Origin: Raillietiella orientalis
Lineage: Eukaryota
Assembly (NCBI GenBank): GCA_036172245.1
Contig: JAYWIR010000155.1
Location: forward strand, 1-58,395
Length of the DNA: 58,395 bases
Direction: 5' to 3'
The notes under the pieces were generated by a model. That model was given only the letters and a program-made list of their open reading frames with translations. It had not been told where the DNA came from and searched no databases. Of the stretch, positions 46,701 to 58,395 are shown piece after piece; the first letter of the stretch is position 1; every line of letters starts with the position of its first letter. Position numbers and translations under genes: made by a program.

Positions 46701-49011
46701 GATTGAAATCTCCCGCTATCAGGTGAGCCTTTCGCAGGCTCGTGTTCGCCAGCCAGTCGCGCTTCAGGGATTCAAGCAGCCGATTACGGTTGCTGTATCC
46801 CTTTTGACCGGTTGGGGCGTACACATTCGTGACGATCAGATCGATCGAGTCAGCCCAGCCGAGAATCAGCTGACCGACCTGACCGTCGTCATCGAAGCGC
46901 ACGCCCTTTACGGCAGCGTCGATGACCGGCTTCACGAAGAACGCGACCCCGCAGGTGTTGCGGAGGCCGCATCGCCAATACAACCGACACCCCGGGATCG
47001 TGTCGATCTCCTGGACGTCTGCCGCGGTGATCACGTGGATCTCCTGCAACAGGGCCAGGTCGAACTTTCGCAGGGTGTCGGCTGTATCTCGCCTGTTACC
47101 GTCGTCGCGCAGCCCGTTGACATTCCAACATGCAGCGCGAATCCGACGGCAACTGGCGTGCCCAGGTGTTAGTCCTGGGAAAACGGCGATGCTGCGTCCG
47201 ACACCTGCTGGGGCGCGACGCTAGGTGGAGGAGGAGGGGGGTCAGGTGCTGAAGGCACCTGGTCCCCCTCCTCCATCGGTGCCGGCGCGTCAGCCGGATC
47301 ACCCGCACGTAGAGTCGCGCCTACCTGTTCGCCCTCCTCCATGGGGGCGGGCTGTTCAGGGTCGGCGCCTGCAGGGGACACTTCACCTTCCTGTTCACCC
47401 TCCCCCATGGGGGAGGCCGGATCGACGGCTTCCGAGCGTGGGAATTCCTCCTCCGAATTTCCCACGCTGGCGACGGCTTCCGTCTTCTCCTCCTCGCTGG
47501 TGGAGGGGAGGCGCCTCCAGGGCTTCTGGGACTTGCGTCCCGACTTCCTGAAGGGTGCCTCCGAGGAGGAGGATGTGCTTCCGGCCCCTAGGTCTAACTC
47601 ACCTGTGGGGGCCTTCTTCGCCGGAGCCGGCCTTCGCACGGCCTTGTGCGAGGGGTTCTCATGCTTGGCCAGCGTGACCGCGAGCTCCTCCGCCGCCTGC
47701 GCGAACGCGGCGTCCGCGGCTTCTACCGCCGCTATGTCGCGCGGCTCACCCTCTGTGTAAACAGAGGGTTCGCCGTCGCGAGCCTCGGGCGCAGCGGAAA
47801 CGGCAAGGGGAGCATCGACGCTCCGGGTGGCAATCTCGGGAACGACGATTCGTTCCAGTGCCAGCGTGCACTCGCGCAGAGTTTTCGAGCGTGGACCGGG
47901 TGTTTTCGGCTTACCGGCCGTGTTGCGCTCTTTGCTCTCAGCAAGTGGAAGTTTCCTTGGCTTTCTGGCCTCTACAAGCTGCCATCCCTCTTCGCCTTTC
48001 ACCGTTTCAGAAGTTTTATCCTCCGGCTTACGCGCCGGAGGTTGAGGTGTTGGCAGCTTGTGCTGGCCCTTTTCTACTTAAGGTCCAGAGACCTTTGAAG
48101 CACGTTTCCCCTGCGCTTTTTTCGCGGCAGGGAGAACCTGTGTGGGGCATTTGGGACACACGCGCCGAATGTGGCCCCGCTCCCCGCACAAATGGAATTG
48201 TATATTGGGACACCTTTTACATAGGTGTCCCACGGTATCACAATGCCCGCAATACCAGGGCTTCCCTACATTCCACAGGTCGACGTTTTCTTGCGCCACC
48301 TGTAGTTTGTGAGAAAGCCCACAGTTCTCCCGTACGGTGACCCGCGCTGCAGCCTGCCCACCCAAAAGGCTATCGAAGCCGTCGAAAATGGAGGGTTTCG
48401 GCCATAGTGCGTGCACCTCACCGTACCTTCTTAATTCCTCACCAACCGCTGACAGCATCATGCGGCTGGTAATGCCAGTCATGTGGACCACCACGGAGCG
48501 GTCCATTGATACTGGCAGGATCTTGCGGCCGTCTACGTTCAGCGGCGCATGGATTAGGCGGTGAGCCGAGGTGACATCTTTGCAGACCACCTCGACCCGC
48601 TGCCCGCCGCTGAGGACGGAGAGGCCGTCCAGATCCTTCTCGGTAACATTCGCGGCCTTCAACGCTTTGCTGAAGGCGCGCGCTGTCCGGCCGTCGAACG
48701 AGTTGCCTACCTGGTAGACAAGCGATGGCTTGTACCCGGAGGCCTTGTATGCTGCCATCTCCGCCAAGGCTTTTGCACTGGGCGCGGCCACCATGGCGCT
48801 CGATGTCCTCGGCGTGGCCGGGGATGATTCCGGGGCGGCTGCCCCTGCTCCAGTAGGCTGTGGGGGCGAACTAGTCTCCCCCACTCCCACCTCCATCGCG
48901 GTGTCCTCTGGCGTCGTGGCTATTAGACACCGACGATGTACACAAAACACCGCACACAAGAAAGCGCTTTCCTACTACCCTTTAAGGAGTGAAGGAAAAA
49001 CACGTCCTCCA
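46701..49011 (-). mobile_element. Copy B5: 5' UTR, ORF1 and APE up to AGDFN
   Basis: GGACGTG at 49007-49001. ORFs 48078-48959, 47169-48002 and 46606-47049. Confidence 0.9.
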
Positions 49012-50455
49012 ACTGGCCGTAAAGGGGCTGGCTGCAACGATACAGCAAGCTCCTCAGCCGCACGCTCGAAGGCGGCGTCATCGATCACGGTCACGATGAC
49101 GGACGCTTCCGCCGGTTCGTTCCCCACGCTGTTGACATTTTTAACAGTGGGTTGCTCGTCGGTAGCAGCGATTTCTACCTTGAGGCGTTTGGCGGGGACG
49201 CGTTCCACGACGACGGTGCATTCTTTGAAATTCTCGCTAACCTGCTGTTTTTTATTTTTGTAGGCGAGCTTTTTTTCAATTTGTCGTTCTTTCTTTGACT
49301 TTTTTTTCTTTTTGGCTGTGACTTCTTGCCATTCCGACACCTGACCGCTTTTGTCGATCTTTTCGGCATTGGTTGCCGGGGTGTCGGCTGAGGCCGGGAC
49401 CACGGGAGTGGGTGGTACAGCTTGAGCGGCAGCCTTCGCCGCCAGTTTTTTCTGTAACAGCCGCGCGCGTTTTTTTAGGTTCCTCGCGAAAACCACGCGC
49501 ACAGCGGATTGTGGACACACTTCCTTCGTGTGGCCCATTCTCACGCATACCACGCACTGTACGTTGGGGCACCTCCTTTTGAAGTGTACCGACGTGTTAC
49601 AGAAGCCACAGTATTTTCGCTTCCTTACGTACCAGAGGTCGACGCTTTCTCCGCCGACCACCAGTTTGTGGGGAAGGGTAAAGCCCTTGCGAACAATCAC
49701 ACAAGCAGCCGTGAGGCCGCACTCAACTGTGGTATAGTCCTCGAAAGGACAAGGCTTGGTCCATACTGCATGGACCGTGCCTTCTTTTCCCAACGCGGCG
49801 CGTAACTGTTTTTTATGCATCCGCGTGGTAACTCTTAAAAGGTGGACCACCATACTGTGGTCCGCCGTAACGGGAAGGAGCCTGCGTGTCTCCATTACCA
49901 CGGGGGTTATATGCAGACGTTGGGCCAGATCTGCATGTTGGCAGATCACCTCTACGTACTGCCCCCCGCTACGAATGGTCATAGCGCAGAGCTCCTTCTC
50001 TTTAACATCGAGAGCGCGCATCCCCTTCGAAGAAACGCGCGCACTCTCAGAAGAATGCAAATTTCCTACCTTGTAGAATAGTGATGGGTGATACCCCTCT
50101 TCCACATAGGCAGATTATTCCTCCGCGGCTGCAGTCGATGGCGCCGACACGACGACGCCGTGCGCTCGCGCTGCAGCAAGGACCGGTTTTGTGGGGGCGA
50201 ACGCCCCCACCTCCTTCGCCACTGAAGGCGACGTTGCCGCCGCCTCCTGGCACTCCACCTTCTCTACAGGCGAAGTTGCCGCCGCCACCTGGCACTCCAA
50301 TTTCTTCAGGAGGCGGTGGCAACGTCGCCTTCTGACACGCACTGGTGGTCGTGTCACGCATTCCTGCCTGATCGACCACCACCACACACGAAGCCTACAC
50401 CTAGGGACGGTTCCCGGCACGAGGAGCACCGAGGAAACACGTTCGCTCTAGCCGA
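49012..50455 (-). mobile_element. Copy A4 (A1-type): 5' UTR and ORF1, truncated by B5
   Basis: ORF 48975-50105 is homologous to A1 ORF1. The 5' end GAACGTG at 50444-50438 abuts the RKAFD codons of D1. Confidence 0.9.
50233..50316 (-). repeat. 42-bp tandem duplication in the A4 ORF1 N-terminus
   Basis: GTTGCCGCCGCC(T/A)CCTGGCACTCCA occurs at 50233 and 50275, encoding ECQVAAATSP / ECQEAAATSP. Confidence 0.8.
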
Positions 50456-52620
50456 CGTAAAGCTTTCGACTGCGTCGACGAGCCGCTCCTTCTGGAGCTC
50501 CAGCAACGCTTGGGATTTCCGGCCGTCTTCCTGGCCTACCTGCGCTCCTGCTTGCGCTTCGCTCTAATAAACATCTCTTTCAGCGGACGGCACGTGTACG
50601 CCGTGCAGGTTCGGCGTGGCATAAGGCAGGGTGACAGTCTGAGCCCCTTGCTCTTCAGCATCTACTTCGAGCTGGTGCTGAGGGCATACAGGTAGAGTCT
50701 GGCAACCCTGCCAAGCTCGTGTCCCGGCACGCCTGCCGTGTCGGCCTACGCCGATGACCTTCTGCTCCTGCTCCCCGGGTCCACCCTGGCGTCGCCGCTC
50801 CAAGATTTCTTTGAGTTGCTGCGCCGCGGGACAAGCCTCGAGGTGAACAGAGAGAAATCTTCCATCGTTCCAACATCAACACTACTTTTAAACAATACGG
50901 CGTAAGCCGGACGGTCGGACTGGATCCGCTTAAGGATACCCACGGGCAGGTGCTTTAGTTACCTGGGCGTTTCGTTGAGGGACTTCTGCGTTGCAGAAGC
51001 CTGATCCGACCGTCTCCAAAAGGTGGAGTTGGCGATCGGCCCGTTCCGGAGCGGCAAGTTTTATTTGCAGGAGCGGGCCGCGGTGTGGAACGCGTTCGCG
51101 GCCCCCCTCCTTCGCCCCCTACTTTTCGTTTGCCCCGCCCCTCCCATGATACAGAGACGGACCGAAGCCCTCTTGAGGACTGCTCATTGGGGAACAGCGA
51201 TGTCGCGAGACCGATTCAAAGACTTGTGCGCTCCACGCAGGGATGGTGGCTTAAGCCTCCTTACGTTGGAGCGCATCCAACTACAGACAACACTTCGGAA
51301 GTTAACCCTTGCGGCTAGCTTATGGATGACGCTATGGTGCGATCCGGCACGGCTCCTCGCCAGAAGAGCGACCGGCTGCGAAGGATTGTCCTCGATCCTC
51401 GTGGCCTACCAGCGCAGCCTCTCCAACTGTGGCCCCGATTTGCGCCAGATGGTCGCCCTGATCAGGGAGAATACCTGGATCTCTTGCATCCCCGCGAACT
51501 GCACTGCCTTACTTTAAGAGTCAGCTTCCGCGTGGGCTAAGATCAACGGCACGAGCGAGGCGGAATACAACTGCCTACGACGAGGACCGTACGCTCGACA
51601 GCCGCTGCAGGAGATTATCAACATGCCCCGGAAGTTTCTGTGGGCTTCTTTCAGCCCCCTTGCCCCCGTTCTGTCCTCGCTAAAAAACACTAGGAGCAGC
51701 AACGAGCGGGCATCGTGGGAAGTGTCCTGCCTCATCCGAGGCAGGAAAAAACCTTTAAAGGCGTGGACGACTCGGGAGCTCACGGACCCTGCCACCCCGA
51801 GCGTCCCGCCTCACGGACTTGCGCGCTGGGGAGTGCTGCTCGTGATACCTCCGGAGGAGGTGAAGTGGCCCCCAGCGTGTTGGGATTGCGACACACTTCC
51901 GTTGAAGTGGCAGGAGACGGCGTTGCTATTTCTGCACTGGGGACTGTTAAGCAGAGCACACCTGTCTCACTGGACACTGGGGAATGTGGATGCCCGCTGT
52001 GTCGAGTGCGGAGAAAGAGAAACCTTCCCGCATCTCACCCTCGAGTGTGTCGCCCTGGATGGACTCTGGAGTCGAATCGCCCCAATCCTCCATCTTCCAG
52101 TAGGCGACCCTAAGGAAATTTACCGTCGCCTCTTTCTGCGTGACGGCCTGCGCCCCGCTGCGTCTCTAGCAGTCCTTTGCTGCGTGCGCGGCATTGTGCA
52201 AAGGTGGCACGCTAGAAGAGGGCCAAGATGCAGGGACGCCATCCACTGGACGACGATCTCTGTTTAGAGACGGCGACAAGGTGGCGTCTACCTTTCACGA
52301 TAAAAACTGAACTTGACTGCATCCTCAACAGGATGCGGAGGACCGAACCAGGCGCTCAGTGATCCCTTCCCTGCCCCCCCCTTTCCCCATACAACTGTTT
52401 CCCCCCTCGTTATCGCTCTTTTTGTTTGTTTTTGTTTTAGTTTTCCCTTCCCATGCGTCTCGGGAATAAACCTAACCGGTCTATGCACCGGCATCCGACA
52501 CGTCAAGCAAGGTGGGAGAACCCAGTGTTTCCCCACAGAAAACATATTTTTAAAGACTATATTATCTAAGTTTTGTAAAAAATTAGAATAATAAATGCCC
52601 CGGCATATCCGGGTGACAAA
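50456..52620 (+). mobile_element. Copy D1: ORF2 from RKAFD to the 3' terminus
   Basis: RKAFDCVD, GIRQGDSLSP, YADD and CVECGERETFPHLTLEC. Hairpin terminus at 52590-52620. Confidence 0.9.
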
Positions 52621-54407
52621 CGTCGGCCGCGCCCGAGCACTCCAGGCCCTGGTCGTCCAGCAGACAAGTTGCTCCTGACTGCCACATCTGGCGCTCGGCC
52701 TTGGCCTTGTACTCCGCAAGGTACCGGACGTCCGGGCATCGGGAGAATTGGCGAACCTGCAGAAACTCTCTGCTGTTGGCCACGCCTTCCCCGAAGCCAC
52801 GGAAAAGCAGGCGCAAGGGGAACCGGCTGCAGAACTCGGGGACAGATCTTTTCAGATCGTCCCAGTCCTCGAGCTCGCGAACGGCCAAGGTCCGGAGATG
52901 CTGGCGGAGGTGCTCCGCAGCCACCGAATTTCTCAGCCAGTCGGCCGGCAACCTCAAGACGTGCGTCGGAGGGCCCTTGCCAGGCGGGAGTAGCTCAAAT
53001 TCCAGCTTGTATTGGTCGGAAAGCTCGGACGGCACGGGACCTCTTCGACCCACCCGACAATGTAGGTGATCGTCGAGGAACACATGGTCTGGCAAAGCAC
53101 GCATACCGGTATCGTGGGTCAGCAAATTCGAGGCTACGGACATGGAGGTGGGTTCCTCGCCCCGTCCGGCGAGGCATCGGCCGGGAGCACGGCGGATGAG
53201 GTAGCGAAAGCGCTTCCTGTCACCGCTGAGCCGCTCGCGGCTGGCTTGGTGGAGTCGAGGACCATTGCCTCGGGCTCCGAGGAGCATCGGGAACCGTTCC
53301 CGTCATAAAACTCTTGCCTGGCAAGTTTTGGCTTCCGCGCAGCTCTGGCGTTGACCGGGGCTTGGCGAGCCTAAGCGCTGCCCTCGAACTCTACCTCGGA
53401 GTCCGAACTGCGCGCGCGCTGCGGGCGTTTTGTTTGCCTCCTTTTTTGCTGGCAGCCCGGAGCTGGTCCAGCACTCTTACAGAGTGCCTTCGTTGACGAT
53501 CCCTCTTTCGGGATCACGACTTCGGCAGCTCCCCTCTCGTCGCGGGTGCTTGCGGCGGCGCGCGCGGCGGCAGCAGAGGGTTTTTCTTGCGCCTTCTTTG
53601 GCGCGCGGGGCTGCCTCTTCATCTCGCCTACCTTTTTGATTGAAAAGTGGGAAGGATCGTGCGGTTTTCTCTCCTTCTTCCTTCTTCCAACAAAGGTCTG
53701 GCCATCCTCGCCTCCTTCCGGTTTGCCTCGGTTGGGCGCGAGGGCTTCCAGGGTCCTTCGAATCCTTTCCAAGGCATCGGATACGGCGATGGAGGCCAGT
53801 GTCTCCTTCACCACGTCTGCCTTCCGCACCTTCTTACCGGAAGGTGCAAGCAGAGTGGCGCGCGACCCCTTTTTCGACCCTCTGGTGGTCTTTCCGGGCG
53901 TGTCACCGCTATTTCGCTCCGGAGCGAAGGAGGATGGAAGCGGCTGTTTTGCAACTTGCTCGATGTTATCGGCGGGCTGGGTCGCTCGGGGCTTCACTAA
54001 AGCAGTTTGGAGAAGCTTCTTGTCATTTCGCGCGGGGTTTTGTGGAGCATTGCTCCGAAAATCACCTAAGCAAGCGGACTTTTCACTTCTCCGCTGCCAA
54101 TCCTCGTTCGCGCCGGATTTCTTCCCCGACGACGGGGCGGATGGAGTCGGCGCGGACGGCGATGTTGCGGGGAGGTTTTCCGCCCTCCTTATTCGTTTTA
54201 GTTTGGCGCACTCGTTAATCGAGTGGCCGAGCAGCTTTCAGTATCGGCAACCGCGTGTTGGGCACTTCCGCGGACGGTGGCCCTCCTTCCAGCAGTTGCC
54301 GCAAGCAAGGGTTTGCCCGGCAAACCGGAAATAGACGACGACGTCACCGAGGAGGATCTGGGAAGGCATGAGCCTCCGGTCGTCCATGGTGAAGCGCGCC
54401 GTGGCGA
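52621..54407 (-). mobile_element. Copy C4 (C-like) fragment: ORF1 knuckles and tail fused by deletion to late APE/linker
   Basis: CGNCWKEGHRPRKC and CRY*KLLGHSINEC on the minus strand near 54200-54305. ORF 52583-53287 contains DHVFLDD...ELSD...ELEDWDDLKRS. Confidence 0.8.
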
Positions 54408-56524
54408 TTTACAACCGGATGTGCGGGGCATTTATTTCTTTGAAATGAAAATACATGAAATGTCGCGTGGCGAACTCGAAGGTTCTTTACTCCAATACAG
54501 CTTGCTGGTTACCGGCTTCATGCCGGAGACGTCCTTTCGACGCGCGGGGATGAGAAATAAAGAAAAACAAAAAGAAACAAAAAGTTCAATTGTGGGGGGG
54601 AACAAATGTTGTAGGGATGGGAGGGCGGGGAAGGGATCACGGTGCGCGTGGACAGGTCATCTAGATCCTATTCAGGATCCGCACGAGCTCAGTCCTTTCA
54701 GCGCCTAAGTGGCGCTACTTGCAGACACTGCGTGCGAAAAGGCGAGTCCATCGTAAGGCGCTGCCAGTTGGCTGACGTCTTCTTCTGGTGGCGTTCCGAG
54801 CCGCCACGATCCCTCAAATGCAGCAGAGGATTGCTACAGAAGCGGGGTAGGACAGGGCGTCACTACAGAAGAGGCGCCTGCAAACGTCCTTGATGCCGCA
54901 TCCGCGCAAGTCCAGGATCGTCGTTAGGCGATCCATAAAGGGCTGATGGAACTGCATCCAATGAGAAGGTGGGGAAAGGTCTCTTTTTCCCCGCCCCGGT
55001 CGCACTGGGGATCCACAGCCCCCCCGGGTGGTTTGGTACAGGCGTGGTTTACAGGGTAAACCCCAATGCATTACAAGCAACGCCACCTCCTGCCATTTGA
55101 GGGGGAAGGACCCACTGTTCCAGGACGCTGGGGGTCACTTCATCTCCTCCGGAGATATTCCGAGTAGCACGCTTCAGCGTGGAATTCCGTTGGGCGGGAC
55201 ACTCAACGTTGCAGCGTCAGCTAGCTGCCGAGATGTCCACCTCTTTATCGATTGTGTCCTGCCACCTATGGTGCAGGACACGGTCCATTTCTTTTGCTCG
55301 CTACTGTCCCTGGCACTCACAAGGAAGGGCAGCACTGGAGCGAGAAAGGGTTATCAAGGCCCACAGCAGCTTCTCGTGGGACTGCACGATCTCCTGCAGC
55401 GTCCAGCGAGCATGCCTTTTCAGGCAAGTGTTCCTTGTTCCCGCCGGAACGTGGATCTTCTCCCAGGTGGAGACTGACTCGTACAACCAGGCAGAGTAGT
55501 TCCCTGGATGGCAGCAGATCCAGGCGTTTTCCCGGACCGCAACGAAGATGCGTCGCAGCATAGAGCCACAGTGTGCTCTACTGCAGACGCGCGCAGACAG
55601 AAATGACAAAAGTCCGCCGGATCCGCAGGCTCGTTTGGCCAGGAGGCGTGCTGGAACGCAACAAGGCGTGTTCCACAGTTCTGCCGCGAGAGCGAGAGTC
55701 CTAAACTGTAGTTGCACTTCCATGCGCTACAGCGTAAGAACGCCAAGTCCTCCGTCCTTACGTGGAGCGCACAAGTCTTTGAGCCTCACACGGGACCTCC
55801 CTTTGCCCCAAAGGACTGTCCTCAGGAGGCCCGCTGCTCGTTTACGGATGAAGTAAGGGACGGGGCACACAAAAAGTAGGGGGCGAAGAAGGGGGGCCGC
55901 AAACGCGTTCCACACCGCGGCCCGTTCCTGCAAGTAAAGCTTGCTTTCTTGGAACGGACCGGTCGCCAACGCTGCCTTTTGGAGACGGTCGGACCAGGCT
56001 TCTGCTGCGCAGAATTCCCCCATCGGAACGCCTAGGTACTTGGAGCACCTGTCCGTGGGGATCCCCAAGCGGATCCAATCCGACCGTCCAGCCCACGCCG
56101 AGCCGGTACAAGTTATGGACGACTTCGCCCTGTTCACCTCCAGGCCCGTCCCGCGGCGCAGCAACTCGAAGAATACCTCGAGCGCACTCGCCAGGGTGGA
56201 CCCGGGAAGCAGCAGCAGAAGATCGTCTGCATAGGCCGACACGGCAGGCGTGCCGGCACACGAGCTCGGCAGGGTTGCCAGAGTTACCCTGTATGCCCTC
56301 AGCACAAACTCGAAGTACATGCTACAGAGCAAGGGGCACAGGATGTCAGCTTGCCGGATGCCGCGGCGCACTGGCACGCCGCACACGTGTCGGCCGCTGA
56401 AACCAATATTTATGTACGCGTTGCGCCAGCAGGAGCGCAGGTAAGACTGGAGAAAGGACAAGAAACCCAGGCGTTCCAGGAGCTTTAGATAGAGATCCTG
56501 GTCGACGCAGTCGAACGCCTTGTG
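54408..56524 (-). mobile_element. Copy D2: ORF2 from HKAFD to the 3' terminus
   Basis: ORF 55727-56857 includes HKAFDCVDQ...YADD...KYLG. Terminus AATAAATGCCCCGCACATCCGGTTGTAAA at 54436-54408. Confidence 0.9.
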
Positions 56525-57659
56525 CGCTCTAGGGTGGACGTGTTTTCTCGGTGCTCCTCGTGCCAGGAAGTCCCCTTTCAGTGCAAGCGTCGTGTGGTTC
56601 GGTGGTCGATCAGGCAGCGATGCCTGACGCGACCACCAGGGATGGCCTAGGGGCAGCGCCAAAGCCGCCCCCAGAGGCAATGCAGAGCCAGGGGGCGGCG
56701 GCAACGTCGTCCCCGGAGGCGATGGAGGTGGGGGCATCCGCCCCCACAGAATCGGTCCCCGCTGCAGCGCGGGCGTGAAGCGCCGTTGTGTCGGCGCCAT
56801 CGCCTGCAGCCGAAGCGGAATTGTCGGCCTATGTGGAGGAGGGATACAACCCCTCATTGTTCTACAAGGTAGGCAATTTATATTCTTTGGAGAGCGCGCG
56901 CGCCTTCTCGAAGGGCATTCGCGCTCTCGATGTGAAAGAGGACGAGCTTAGCGCTATGACCATCCGCAGCGGGGGTCAGTACGTTGAGGTCATCTGCTAA
57001 CATTCAGAGCTAGCCCAACGACTGCTTAAAACCCCCGTTGTGATGAAGAGGCGCAGGCTTCTCCCCACTACGGCGGACCGCAGCATTGTGGTCCACCTGT
57101 TAGGCGTGACGGCGCAAATGCGCAAAGAACAGGTTCGCGCAGCTTTGGAACAGTTTGGAACGGTTCACGCGCAGTGGACGAAAGTTAGTCCTTTCGAGGA
57201 CTACACGGGGCTGCAACACGGCCTCACTGCTGCGCGCGTGACCGTTTGAAAGGGCTGCACTCTTCCCCACAAACTGGTGCTCGAAGGCGAAACCGTCGAC
57301 CTCTGGTATGTGGGGAAGCCGAAATACTGTGGCTTCTGCAATACGTCGGGCCACCTCAAAAAGAGGTGTCCCAATGTGAAGTGCCAAGTATGCGGCACAA
57401 TAAGCCACACGAGGGAGGTGTGCCCAAAAGCAGCAGTGCGGGTGGCTTCCAAGAGAAACTTTTAAAAACGCGCCCGGCTTCTGCAGAAAAGGCTGGCGGC
57501 GAAAGCTGCCGCGAAGGCTGCGCCACCCGCGCCCAAGACCCAGGCCGCACCCGAGACCCCATCGACCAACACCGAAGAAGTTGAGGGAGCCGGCCAGGAG
57601 ACTGGGAGGCAAGTGGCAACGGCCAAAAAATCAAAGAAGGAGAGGAGGATGGAAAAGAA
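56525..57659 (+). mobile_element. Copy A5 (A1-type): 5' UTR and 5' part of ORF1, truncated
   Basis: Closely colinear with 301-1433. GGACGTG at 56536, ATG at 56620, knuckles CGFCNTSGHLKKRC and CQVCGTISHTREVC. Confidence 0.9.
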
Positions 57660-58395
57660 CTCCGGTCCCCTTCTCGGCGGAGATCAACCAAGGGCCAGTA
57701 GGAAGAAAAGAGTCCGGGATGGACTTCGATGCATCTCAGGTTTCTACTCAGAGCATGCGACACGGAGAAGGCAGAGAGACGATCCTCTCTCCGAGAGCAT
57801 CGCCTCAGGCCTGACCCAAAGAAGGAAGGGGTTTTCTTTTTTTTTCCCTTGGTTCGCTAACTGTCGCGCGCCTGGCGGCTCACGCAGCTCTTTCACACTA
57901 TTCCACGCCACCCGAGGGTGCGGGTAATTCTTCAAGATACTCTGTGAGGGAGCTACCCTATGAATCCAGGGCGGCCTCTGTAGGAGGGAATCCCGTTCCT
58001 CTCATGCCTAGGGAGGGATCCCCGAAGGGAAACCTCCACCCTCGTTGTCTTTGAAGAAAGCCCCGAAGGGAATTGACTTCCTTATTCTCTCCGGAAGAAC
58101 CCCCAGAGGAGTCCGTTTCATTTTTTCTCCTCCTGAGGGGAACCGCTCCTGTTTGCTCCTCTGAAGAGAAATCCGAACGGACCTTTCCGAATTTCCCCAG
58201 AAGGGCGCTTCCGAAAGAAGACAGGACGCTTTTTTGCACTCAGGAGAGGTTGCGTCAATCCACCAGCTCCATGATAAGAGACGGTGGGTCCCCGTACAAA
58301 GGAGGGATCCGCTCCATTGCACAACCGGAGGGGAACTCCGAAGGAAACCGGACTCCTTGATTATGCTTCCTGGAAGGACGCCTAGGGTCGACTCC
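57660..58395. other. Unassigned non-LINE sequence rich in G/C/A/T runs
   Basis: No similarity to the elements and no convincing ORF. CCGAAGG-like and GGGAA/TTCCC words recur. Confidence 0.4.

Noticed and set aside
45361..50470. A single clean insertion bounded by a TSD at 45361-45375 and 50456-50470
   Set aside because: The two 15-mers differ at 5 positions, the hosts look like different groups (B versus D), and the interval contains a chimeric junction.
55727..56857. 376-aa ORF as a novel RT fusion gene (likewise 46188-46646 and 6696-7346)
   Set aside because: These are chance read-throughs across insertion or deletion junctions.

Overview
About 57.6 kb of this 58.4-kb window is one nested cluster of GC-rich eukaryotic non-LTR retrotransposons of L1/Tx1-type architecture. 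ORF1 carries CCHC zinc knuckles and a disordered tail; ORF2 encodes an APE endonuclease, an RT with the YADD motif, and a C-terminal CxxC...HxxxxC zinc finger. I resolve about 20 full or partial copies in at least four sequence groups, labelled here A, B, C and D. Every ORF2 carries stops, frameshifts or truncation. No host genes, RNA genes or CRISPR arrays are visible, and the last ~740 bp are unassigned. The main observation is that the nesting is not random. A1-type copies repeatedly sit antisense at the (H/R)KAFD codons of other elements' RT. A2/A3-type copies sit antisense just before the 'DW' codons of the APE-RT linker, one with a 14-bp target-site duplication (TSD). C1-type copies sit in the GDFN codons of the B-group endonuclease, including a head-to-tail pair bounded by a 9-bp TSD. 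One B subgroup sits at one spot in A-group ORF1. This suggests a network of sequence-specific retrotransposons that target each other's coding motifs. The groups share a 5' GGACGTG motif and a 3' AATAAA-hairpin terminus with almost no poly(A). Groups A, B and C also share a hairpin whose loop holds the ORF1 stop/ORF2 start. Group labels and similarity statements come from by-eye comparison, not computed alignments.
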